A DNA stretch of 63,419 bases from positions 1-63,419 of the IMG/VR virus record IMGVR_UViG_3300043425_000902, one strand, 5' to 3'. This DNA comes from a virus. Lineage: Duplodnaviria > Caudoviricetes. The position numbers were made by a program, and so were the translations under genes. Shown here piece by piece: positions 9,256 through 17,210 of this stretch. The notes beneath the pieces were generated by a model that saw only the letters and a program-made list of their open reading frames with translations, had not been told where the DNA came from and searched no databases. Every line of letters starts with the position of its first letter. Position 1 is the stretch's first letter.

Positions 9256-9564
9256 ATGGACGAGTATTTTCAGGACCTGCAGTGGCAGGAAGACTGGCGC
9301 GATAAGGCCCTGCGCGGGGAGTGGGTCCGGTGGGACGACGTCGCCAACGCAGGCGCTCAGGCAGAAGGGGTGTGGGAGCGCAGACACGACACGCAGGAGG
9401 CGCGACTGATGCCTCTTCGACGGAAGTTCCTCGTCCTAACCTTCAAGGAGTGGCTGCGGGGGCTCTTTATCGGAACGCGGCGCTACGCGGTGCACTACTA
9501 TTTCGTGTTTCACCTCGGGCGACGGCGCAGGGTCATGTTCCGTGAAGAGATCGCGCAGCTGTGA
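9256..9564 (+). CDS. Hypothetical protein
   Basis: Fills the operon gap; GTGA overlap with the next gene. Confidence 0.6.
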   Translation: MDEYFQDLQWQEDWRDKALRGEWVRWDDVANAGAQAEGVWERRHDTQEARLMPLRRKFLVLTFKEWLRGLFIGTRRYAVHYYFVFHLGRRRRVMFREEIAQL

Positions 9565-9848
9565 CCCCCGAGGGGCGGATCCAGTCGTACCTGAAGCGGC
9601 GCATCGCCGAGACCGGCGGCCACCAGCGCAAGCTGCAGTGGATCGGGCGCCGCGGCGCGCCGGACCTGTTCGTGTGGTGGGACGGGCCCCGCCTGTGGTT
9701 CGTCGAGGTCAAGAGCGAGACGGGCAGGCTGAGCACCCTGCAGGAGCTTGAGATCGGGCGCCTGAGGGCGTCCGGCTTTCGTGTGTGCGTCGTGGACTCC
9801 ATGTCTGCGGTGGACGCCTTCATCGCCGAGGCAAAGGAGACAGCATGA
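9561..9848 (+). CDS. VRR-NUC domain nuclease
   Basis: E..I...L, G.PDL, FVEVK...G.LS..Q motifs. Confidence 0.9.
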   Translation: MTPEGRIQSYLKRRIAETGGHQRKLQWIGRRGAPDLFVWWDGPRLWFVEVKSETGRLSTLQELEIGRLRASGFRVCVVDSMSAVDAFIAEAKETA

Positions 9849-11212
9849 AACCGCGCTTCATCCCCCACAGCTATCAGCGCGACATCATCCGCTTCATCGA
9901 GGACACCCCTCGCTGCGCCGTCTGGGCGGGCATGGGCACGGGCAAGACGGCCTCGACCCTCATGGCCCTCGACCACCTGTCCCTCGTCGAGGGGAACATC
10001 TTCCCGGCCCTCGTGCTGGCGCCCCTGCGCGTCGCCAAGTCAACGTGGCCGGACGAGGTCGCGAAGTGGGAGGACTTCAAGCACCTGCGCGTGTCGGTGA
10101 TCTCCGGGTCCGTCGGGGAGCGCGAGAGGGCGCTGGCCGACAAGGCCGAGATCTACACCATGAACTACGACAACCTCATCTGGCTGACGTCGGAGCTGAT
10201 CGACCACTGGCCCTTCAAGACGGTCATCGCCGACGAGTTTACACGCCTCAAGAACTACCGCACGCGGCAGGGTGGCCGTCGCTCGCGCGCTCTGGCCGAG
10301 GTCGCGCACCGCGACGTGACGCGCTTCATCGGCCTGACGGGCACGCCCTCTCCGAACGGCCTGTCCGACCTGTGGGGCCAGACGTGGTTCCTCGACAAGG
10401 GCGCGAGGCTGGGCCGGTCGTTCTCCGCCTTCGAGGGGCGGTGGTTCACCCGGGGGTGGGACGGGTACAGCGTCAAGCCCACGCCGTACGCTCAGGAGGA
10501 GATCGAGGACCGCCTGCGCGACATCTGCCTCACCGTTCCCGGCCTGCCTGTTGACGAGCCGATCTTCAACACGATCGAGGTGGACCTGCCTCTCAAGGCC
10601 CGCGCCACGTACAACGAGATGGAGCGGGACATGTTCGTGATGATCGACAAGTTCGGCGTCGATGCGCCCAACGCCGCCACGCAATGCGGCAAGCTGCAGC
10701 AGCTTGCCAACGGCGCCATCTACGTGGACGACGACCACAACTGGGCGGAGGTCCACCGCGCCAAGCTGGAGGCGCTGGAGAGCATCGTCGAGGAGGCGGC
10801 GGGGGCGCCCGTCCTCGTGTCGTACAACTTCCGCTCCGACCTGTCCCGCCTCAAGGCCGCCTTCCCTCAGGCGCAGGTGCTGGACGCCGACCCCGACACC
10901 ATCAAGCGCTGGAACGCGGGCAAGATCCCCATCCTGCTGGCGCACCCCAAGTCCGCCGGGCACGGCCTGAACCTCGCCGAGGGGGGCAACATCCTAGCCT
11001 TCTTCTCGGTGGACTGGAACCTTGAGGAGCACCTCCAGATCATTGAGCGGATCGGTCCCATGCGGCAGAAGCAGGCAGGCCTGAACCGCCCCGTCTTCGT
11101 CCACATGATCTGCGCCAAGAACACCGTCGACTTCATGGTGCTCGAACGCCTGCAGACCAAGCGCAACCGGCAGGACATCCTCCTAGCCGCACTGAAGCGT
11201 CACGCACTCTAG
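9845..11212 (+). CDS. SNF2-family helicase
   Basis: MGTGKT, IADE, GLTGTP.PN, SAGHGLNL, Q...RI...RQ. Confidence 0.93.
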   Translation: MKPRFIPHSYQRDIIRFIEDTPRCAVWAGMGTGKTASTLMALDHLSLVEGNIFPALVLAPLRVAKSTWPDEVAKWEDFKHLRVSVISGSVGERERALADKAEIYTMNYDNLIWLTSELIDHWPFKTVIADEFTRLKNYRTRQGGRRSRALAEVAHRDVTRFIGLTGTPSPNGLSDLWGQTWFLDKGARLGRSFSAFEGRWFTRGWDGYSVKPTPYAQEEIEDRLRDICLTVPGLPVDEPIFNTIEVDLPLKARATYNEMERDMFVMIDKFGVDAPNAATQCGKLQQLANGAIYVDDDHNWAEVHRAKLEALESIVEEAAGAPVLVSYNFRSDLSRLKAAFPQAQVLDADPDTIKRWNAGKIPILLAHPKSAGHGLNLAEGGNILAFFSVDWNLEEHLQIIERIGPMRQKQAGLNRPVFVHMICAKNTVDFMVLERLQTKRNRQDILLAALKRHAL

Positions 11213-11223
11213 GCTGCGCATAT

Positions 11224-11258
11224 GCACTTGACGCGGTGCATAGCACCTGTCAGGTTGC
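11224..11258 (+). promoter_or_regulatory. Tandem operators with a TTGACG -35 element
   Basis: GCACT-N6-GGTGC (11224-11239) and GCACC-N6-GTTGC (11243-11258). Confidence 0.5.
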
Positions 11259-11285
11259 GGTCTCCAGACATAAAGGAGACGTTAT

Positions 11286-11480
11286 ATGACGCGGGTCGTG
11301 CTGCCTTCGGGCTTCGTTTACCACAGGCCGCCTTACACAGAGGAAGAGGTGGCCGACATCTACCGGCGCCTTGAACAGGTGACGACGTTTACTCGTCCGA
11401 GTCGTAAGGCGCCGAGCCCGCCACAGCCGCACCAAGACCAAGAGCCGCCGTCAGGGCCGGGAGAAACTCCTTCCGGCTAA
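11286..11480 (+). CDS. Small hypothetical protein convergent with the late operon
   Basis: Strong AAAGGAG RBS; 3' end overlaps the antisense gene by 92 nt. Confidence 0.55.
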   Translation: MTRVVLPSGFVYHRPPYTEEEVADIYRRLEQVTTFTRPSRKAPSPPQPHQDQEPPSGPGETPSG

Positions 11481-12915
11481 GGGCGTCCTTCAGCGCCTTG
11501 GGGCCCCGCTCCCAGATGACGCGGCGCAGGTTCTGCAAGTCCTCGCGCACGGGCTGTCCCGTGCGGGCGGCGTACTCGTAATCGGCCTCCATGGCCGTGC
11601 GGGCTTGGTTGCGGATCTCCGGTGTGTCAAGACGTTCGAGAGCGTTGGGTGCGCCGGACTCTTCGAGGTACTGAAGCATCTGTCGCGTGACGGCACCGGA
11701 TCCGTGAGGCTGCGCCCACTCGTTTTCGTAGCCTTTGTAGCCTGACGCAATACCGACAGCTCGCGGTTGGGCCCCGGGCAGGAGCGTCGAGTACGCGCTT
11801 TCAAGACCGTTCGCGAGGTAGTTTTCGGTTTCCGCCCCTGTCGGGGGTTCGGGGTAGAAGGAAGTCATGGTCACGCCCTGCCCGGTGTCCACCACGTCTC
11901 CAAGCCCGTACCGCTCACCGAGATTTGCGAGGCCTTCAATCTCGCGCTGAGTTTGCTTTTCTGGAAGCGGCGTAAACAGCGAACCGGACAGCTCGCGGGG
12001 AGCCTCGGGCAGCACTTTGTGGTACGCGCCAGCGGCTTGGCCAGACACGGCGGCGCGATACGCTTCCCCGGCTTCCAGCAGGGCTCTGTGCTCAGGCGCA
12101 ATGTCTTCGCCGCCCGGGGTCTCTTTCACGCGCGGCCTGCTTACGAACGCGGGGTTGTATTCGGTTCCTGCCTCGGTCTTGAACATGCCCTGCGCCTCAA
12201 GCATGGGAGCCTGCTCAAGACCCAAAGCGTTGTAGACGATGTCTCGGCTGTTGGGATCTCGAAAGAGGCGCCGGGGGTCAGACGAAAATGCGCCTCTTTC
12301 AAGTTGAAGCTGCGCTGCGTCCGCGGCTGACGTCGGCACTCGCACCAAGTTCGGCAGATGCCCGGTAACTTTGCCGGGGATGACCTCGTGCGTGGCAAAC
12401 GCTACGGCTCGTTCCGGCATTGTCGCCGAAGCGCGAAGGGCTGCGCGCTCTACCGCTTTGGTTCCGGCCTTGAGGGCGGGCTTGGCCGCAGCCGCTCCGG
12501 GCACGGGCAGCATCCCGAGAGCCAGTCCGCCGGTCGCGGCGGCGGCCATCTCGCTGTACTGGCGGTAAGCGGCCATGTCGCCGCGCGCCTTGGCCTCGAT
12601 GGCTTTCTGGCGCAGCTCCTTGGCATCCATCGCGCTCATCACGCCGCCGACGACAGGGAGGTTCTCAGCGACGGTGCGACCGGGGTTGGCCTTGAAGTCT
12701 TCCACCATTCCCATCGCCATGGGCGTGGCGACTTGGTTCTGCAGCACTTGCGGCAAACCCCCGCGCAGAAGGTCGGGCGCGACGCGCATGGCGAGGGCCG
12801 CCGAGTCGCGCAAGGCGTTACCGCTGGATGCGTAGTCGACGGCGCGTTTGCCGAGCGACTTGGCGCCCGCGACGATGGGGTCGTCGAGGATGATGGAGAG
12901 CGGGTTCTTAGGCAT
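11389..12915 (-). CDS. Putative virion-associated effector 3 (shared N-terminal module plus unknown cargo)
   Basis: Last gene of the late operon; N-terminal module paralogous to the two upstream genes. Confidence 0.75.
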   Translation of the reverse strand: MPKNPLSIILDDPIVAGAKSLGKRAVDYASSGNALRDSAALAMRVAPDLLRGGLPQVLQNQVATPMAMGMVEDFKANPGRTVAENLPVVGGVMSAMDAKELRQKAIEAKARGDMAAYRQYSEMAAAATGGLALGMLPVPGAAAAKPALKAGTKAVERAALRASATMPERAVAFATHEVIPGKVTGHLPNLVRVPTSAADAAQLQLERGAFSSDPRRLFRDPNSRDIVYNALGLEQAPMLEAQGMFKTEAGTEYNPAFVSRPRVKETPGGEDIAPEHRALLEAGEAYRAAVSGQAAGAYHKVLPEAPRELSGSLFTPLPEKQTQREIEGLANLGERYGLGDVVDTGQGVTMTSFYPEPPTGAETENYLANGLESAYSTLLPGAQPRAVGIASGYKGYENEWAQPHGSGAVTRQMLQYLEESGAPNALERLDTPEIRNQARTAMEADYEYAARTGQPVREDLQNLRRVIWERGPKALKDALSRKEFLPALTAALGLGAAVAGSAPYDSDE

Positions 12916-15064
12916 GGTCGGCCTCCACTAGGCCCCCTTTAGCGTACACTGGGCCACCAGACAGGATGTGTTGAAGCGCTTCGTCCGGGCTTATGCCGAG
13001 GATCCGCGAAGTCCTCTCCACCGCTTCGTTGATGATGGAGATCATGGGCTGCGGCTTGAAGTTGGGCGTCTTTGCCGTCTTGAGGCCTGCCCAAGTGACG
13101 TCTTGGAAGTTGGCGGGAGCGACGCCGTACTTCGCCGCGAGATCGTGCACGGGCTGCTCGTACAGTCCGTAGTACGTAGGCTGCGCCATCTTTCCGGTGG
13201 GGTCCCACGCGCCCATCATCTGCTCGTCGATGGTGGCTTTGTCGCGATGCCCGAGGAAGTTGCCCTTGAAGTTGAACCTTTTGGGGTTCCCGGCGGTGGT
13301 GAACAGCTCCGGGCTATCCATGAACTTTCGGCCCAGCACGATGTTGCCCATCGCGCCGTGCTTGCCGCCGCCGATCGGATACGGGATTTCGTAACCTTTC
13401 AGTGGTGTGGGCGTTCCGGTCAGGTCGAGGTGGTTCAGGTACCCGGTGGACAGGAAGTTTGTCGCCGGATCGGCGCCGCCGGTCGTTCCCGCCATGCTGT
13501 CGGCGAAGTACTTCTTGAACCGCCTCCGGCCTTCTTCGGGGCCGTACATCTGCATGTATGCCTGCTGCAGTTGCAGCATGGCATACCAGTGCTCTGCGTC
13601 CGGGTTGCCCTGCTGCGCCAGAAACCCCTCCTCCAAACGGCGAAGAGCTGCTGGATCTTGCGCCTTTTCGGTGTGAGCCAAAACAGTGGCTTCTTTTTTG
13701 GGGAGGGTGTCGATGAGCGTCGATCCGGCAAGCGGATAGTCTGCGGGGTCGACGTAGTCCCGCTTGGAGACGTCGAATATCGGCGTGTAGTTGCCCGCCT
13801 TGATGTCCGCAGTGGCCTGTTGCCGCGCCTTTGTCAGGGCTTGGATCTCGGGCGTGTCTGACCCCTTCCCTTCGTAAAAGCGCCCTTTGTTCTTGTCCCA
13901 CTTCTGCTCTGGCGGAGCCGGGTCTGGGTACCGCTCCCGCAGCTTTTCGCGGTCTAGGCCTGCGCTGGGCGCACGGCGCGCGGCGCCGCTTTCCGACCGG
14001 ATGATAGCTGGCGCCGACACCTGTTCGGTGGGCGCTTTGTACAGGTACTCCGCAAGGCGCTCCGGCGACATCGCGCCTTCAAGCCCTTCGCCTCCCGCGT
14101 AGTACCGGACCTCAGCGGGGATGGCGGGGATGCCTAGGGCCCGCGCGACGGCGGCGCGGTTGTTGCCCTCAAGGATAAAGGGCTCTCCCGTGTGGCTGAC
14201 GCCGATCATGATCGGGCCGCCCGCCTCCGCATCGTACCCCCGCTCGCTCATGGAGGGCAGAAGCCGGTCGTACTTCGGGTTGCCCGGTCCCGGGCTTTCG
14301 CGCATGGCCCCGGGAATGTCCTGCAGCTTTTGAGGATCCAAAAGCACGGGGCGGTCCAGATAGCCTGTCACCGCCCCCGCAGGGGCGTTGCGGGCAAAGT
14401 TGCCGCTTGCGCTGTTGTCGGCTGCACGCTCTGCCGCACGCTCGCGCTCGTACTTCAGCCAGTCCCCGCCGGGGTTGTCCCTCTGAACCTTGGGGGGTTC
14501 AAGGCCGTACTTCTCGGTCAGCTTCGAGACGTCGCGCACGACGTCGCGCTCTGCGGCGTTCTTGATCGCGCGCACGCCAGCCTTGCCGACGGCGCGACCG
14601 CCCGGGAGCACACCCGCCGCGATGGTTGCCGAGGAGATGGCGGCAAGCTCTTCCAGCCTGCGCGCCGCACTTTCGTCGCCGCGCTGCCGGGCCTCTTCAG
14701 CCTGATCGCGCAGGGCGCTCGTGTCGAGGGCGGAGAGAGCGCCGCCGACAAAAGGCACAAGCCCGGCCACAGTCTTGACGGGATGCTCCTTGAAGTCTTC
14801 CGCGAACCCTTCGGCGACAGCCTTTCCCCCGCGGACGACACTCCCGACCGGGTCCTTGGCAAGCCGGGACACGTCCTGATCCGCACGACCGCTGGCCACG
14901 TAGTTGCGGAACCGCGCGCCAGCGTCCTGCGCGCCCTGAAGGAGCGACAGGGGGTTGCTCAGCAGCCCTTCCAGCGGCTTGCGCTTCTTGCGGCGCTTGC
15001 CGGTGACGACGACCTCTTCAACCGTCGGGGCGTCGAGCGCGGCGGACATGGGGTTCTCAGGCAC
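12908..15064 (-). CDS. Putative virion-associated effector 2 (TonB-box-like motif, shared module, ParB/Srx-like domain, glycosylase-like domain, YAKGG tail)
   Basis: TVEEVVVTGKR; PIMI......ILEGNNR.......G...IP..V ParB-like core; WY...TIDEQM...QDVTW; likely GTG start at 15064 after GGAG. Confidence 0.75.
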   Translation of the reverse strand: MPENPMSAALDAPTVEEVVVTGKRRKKRKPLEGLLSNPLSLLQGAQDAGARFRNYVASGRADQDVSRLAKDPVGSVVRGGKAVAEGFAEDFKEHPVKTVAGLVPFVGGALSALDTSALRDQAEEARQRGDESAARRLEELAAISSATIAAGVLPGGRAVGKAGVRAIKNAAERDVVRDVSKLTEKYGLEPPKVQRDNPGGDWLKYERERAAERAADNSASGNFARNAPAGAVTGYLDRPVLLDPQKLQDIPGAMRESPGPGNPKYDRLLPSMSERGYDAEAGGPIMIGVSHTGEPFILEGNNRAAVARALGIPAIPAEVRYYAGGEGLEGAMSPERLAEYLYKAPTEQVSAPAIIRSESGAARRAPSAGLDREKLRERYPDPAPPEQKWDKNKGRFYEGKGSDTPEIQALTKARQQATADIKAGNYTPIFDVSKRDYVDPADYPLAGSTLIDTLPKKEATVLAHTEKAQDPAALRRLEEGFLAQQGNPDAEHWYAMLQLQQAYMQMYGPEEGRRRFKKYFADSMAGTTGGADPATNFLSTGYLNHLDLTGTPTPLKGYEIPYPIGGGKHGAMGNIVLGRKFMDSPELFTTAGNPKRFNFKGNFLGHRDKATIDEQMMGAWDPTGKMAQPTYYGLYEQPVHDLAAKYGVAPANFQDVTWAGLKTAKTPNFKPQPMISIINEAVERTSRILGISPDEALQHILSGGPVYAKGGLVEADHA

Positions 15065-17210
15065 GGTCAATCTCCGCTAGGCCGCCCTTGGCGTACGCTT
15101 TGAAGCCTTCGGTCAGGATGCGCTGCCGGGTCTCCGGGTCAAGGCCAAACCCGGGCACCTCGTCGAACTGCCGCTCGTCGTTGTATCGCTCAAACAGGGC
15201 ATCATGCTCGTCGGAGTCGACGATGTCTTCCCACGGCCTGCGGAAATAGTTCGCGATCTCGCTCCCCGACGCGCCGCCCGAGCCACCCGCATACAGGGAG
15301 AACATGTCCATCTCGGGCTGGACGCCGAAGGGCTTCAGCACTTCGTTGATGCGCTTCGGCACGATGCGGTCGTAGAACTCGCGCGAGCCCTTGCCGGGGC
15401 CGACGATGAGATCGGGCGTCTCAAGGACGCCCCAAGGCTCGCTGCGCGAACGCTCGACAAGCGCGCGGGTCAGCGGCTCGCCGATCCGCTTTTCGAGGAG
15501 GTCCGGCGTCCACAGGGCGAGCGCCCGCATCATGTGCTCCGACGACCATGGAAGCCTGTGCGTCGTACCCGCATAGTCGATGGGCGCTATAGAAAACAGC
15601 GGCTCTCCGGGGCGCCACGACTCGGGGCCGCCTAGCGCGCGGGCATTGCGGCTAATGAGTTCTCGGGCCCGCTCTTCATCGAGCGTGTCGAGGGCGCCAA
15701 GCCCTCGCCGAAGGCGGTCTGCGTCAATCGCATCGACGTCCACGGGAACGGTGCGGTAGTGCAGCTCTCGTATCGGGATGTCCTGATTGTACCGCCGAGC
15801 CTGCAGGGCGCCCGGCGTCCACGTGAAATAGTCGCTTTGGCGGCGCGCGGCCTCGGTCAGTGCGCGCTTCAGGCCTAGATCGACCCAGTCGTTCGTGCTT
15901 TCGACGTACGGACCCACCGGCGGCTCGTACGGGTCTCGCTCCTGTTTATTCGCGCGCAGCTGTTGCGCCCAGTCGCTTTGCAGCTCCTCAAGGTGCGTAG
16001 AGCTTCCCAGCGGGTCGTTGGACAGCGGGCGGCTTCGACGTCCCGTGTCGAGGTCATACGCCCACTCTCCGGCCTGTGTGCCGCGCGGGAAAACGTCCCG
16101 GTCAAGCACGCGGATGTGCGCGTACGTGTTGGGATCGTGCTCCCAGTGCGGCGCGCGGTACGCGACACGCGGCCATTTCAGCCTTTCAAGGCTAGGGCTG
16201 CTGTGCTGTCTTTGCGCGATCTCAACCGTCTGGGTTTGATACGGACTTGGCCCACGCAAAAGGATTTCCGAATAGTTCGTGGGGTTGCCGCCATCGAAGT
16301 CTTCCTCACTGAGAGGCTTCGGACCTGCGTCTCTTCCTACATTCAGTGCGAGCGGTTCGCCTCCCGCGGCGTCAAGGCGAGGATTACCCCACCTGTCTAG
16401 CGCGGACTTAGGATCGCGAGCGCTATAGGCGGTCTCATCCATGGCTGAAGGGATCCAAGCCTTGACGCCTAGCGTACGGGCTTTTGGCGGCTCCCGCTCG
16501 ACACCCAGAAGCTGCTCGTCGAAGTGCTTCGCGACCTCGTCCTTCGTCACGGAGGGGCGGTCGCCGAAGACCTCCCGGTACCCCGACCAGCGGATCTCTG
16601 CAGGCTTCACGCCGCTGCGCAGCAGCATCGCCTCTACCTGTTGGGGCGTGCCCTTCTCCTGCGGCAGGTTGCGGGCGACCTCCGCCGCGTGGCTGTAGAG
16701 GTTGAGCGGCGACAGCTTGCGCTCCGCGATGTTCTTGGCGAGGCCCTCGGCGCCCGTCTTGAGGCCGGGCTTGGCGCCGGGGACCATCCCCGCGAGCATC
16801 AGGGGCGTCATGGTCGCTGCGGCGGTCTCCAGCCGCCGTGCGGTCGCCGCGTCGCCGCGGTCTCGGGCCTCTTGAGCCTGCGCGCGGGTGTCCGCGATAT
16901 CCTTGGCGTCGCCGAACGGGGTCAGGCCCAGCAGGGCTTCCGCCGGGTCGCGCCTGAACTCGCGCCCGAAGCTCGACAGGGCGCCGGATGCGGCGCGATC
17001 GAGGGCGCCGACCGGGTCCCGCACGATGTCCTCGCCGAAGCGCATGAGGTCGCCGCTGGCGACGCTTTCGCCCAGCGCGTTGACCAGCGCTCCGGGGACG
17101 CCCTTGGCGCCCTCCAGAAGGGCGCGGGGGTTGCCGAACAGGGCCTTGAGGCGGTTCCGCTTCGGGCGCTTGCCGGTGACGACGACCTCGTCGACAGTGG
17201 TCTCGGTCAC
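15057..17210 (-). CDS. Putative virion-associated effector 1 (TonB-box-like motif, shared module, polyvalent-protein-like cargo, YAKGG tail)
   Basis: TVDEVVVTGKR; cargo motifs GVK.AE..WSG, H......AH.R..DR, EELQSDW that I recognise from large phage virion proteins. Confidence 0.75.
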   Translation of the reverse strand: MTETTVDEVVVTGKRPKRNRLKALFGNPRALLEGAKGVPGALVNALGESVASGDLMRFGEDIVRDPVGALDRAASGALSSFGREFRRDPAEALLGLTPFGDAKDIADTRAQAQEARDRGDAATARRLETAAATMTPLMLAGMVPGAKPGLKTGAEGLAKNIAERKLSPLNLYSHAAEVARNLPQEKGTPQQVEAMLLRSGVKPAEIRWSGYREVFGDRPSVTKDEVAKHFDEQLLGVEREPPKARTLGVKAWIPSAMDETAYSARDPKSALDRWGNPRLDAAGGEPLALNVGRDAGPKPLSEEDFDGGNPTNYSEILLRGPSPYQTQTVEIAQRQHSSPSLERLKWPRVAYRAPHWEHDPNTYAHIRVLDRDVFPRGTQAGEWAYDLDTGRRSRPLSNDPLGSSTHLEELQSDWAQQLRANKQERDPYEPPVGPYVESTNDWVDLGLKRALTEAARRQSDYFTWTPGALQARRYNQDIPIRELHYRTVPVDVDAIDADRLRRGLGALDTLDEERARELISRNARALGGPESWRPGEPLFSIAPIDYAGTTHRLPWSSEHMMRALALWTPDLLEKRIGEPLTRALVERSRSEPWGVLETPDLIVGPGKGSREFYDRIVPKRINEVLKPFGVQPEMDMFSLYAGGSGGASGSEIANYFRRPWEDIVDSDEHDALFERYNDERQFDEVPGFGLDPETRQRILTEGFKAYAKGGLAEIDRA

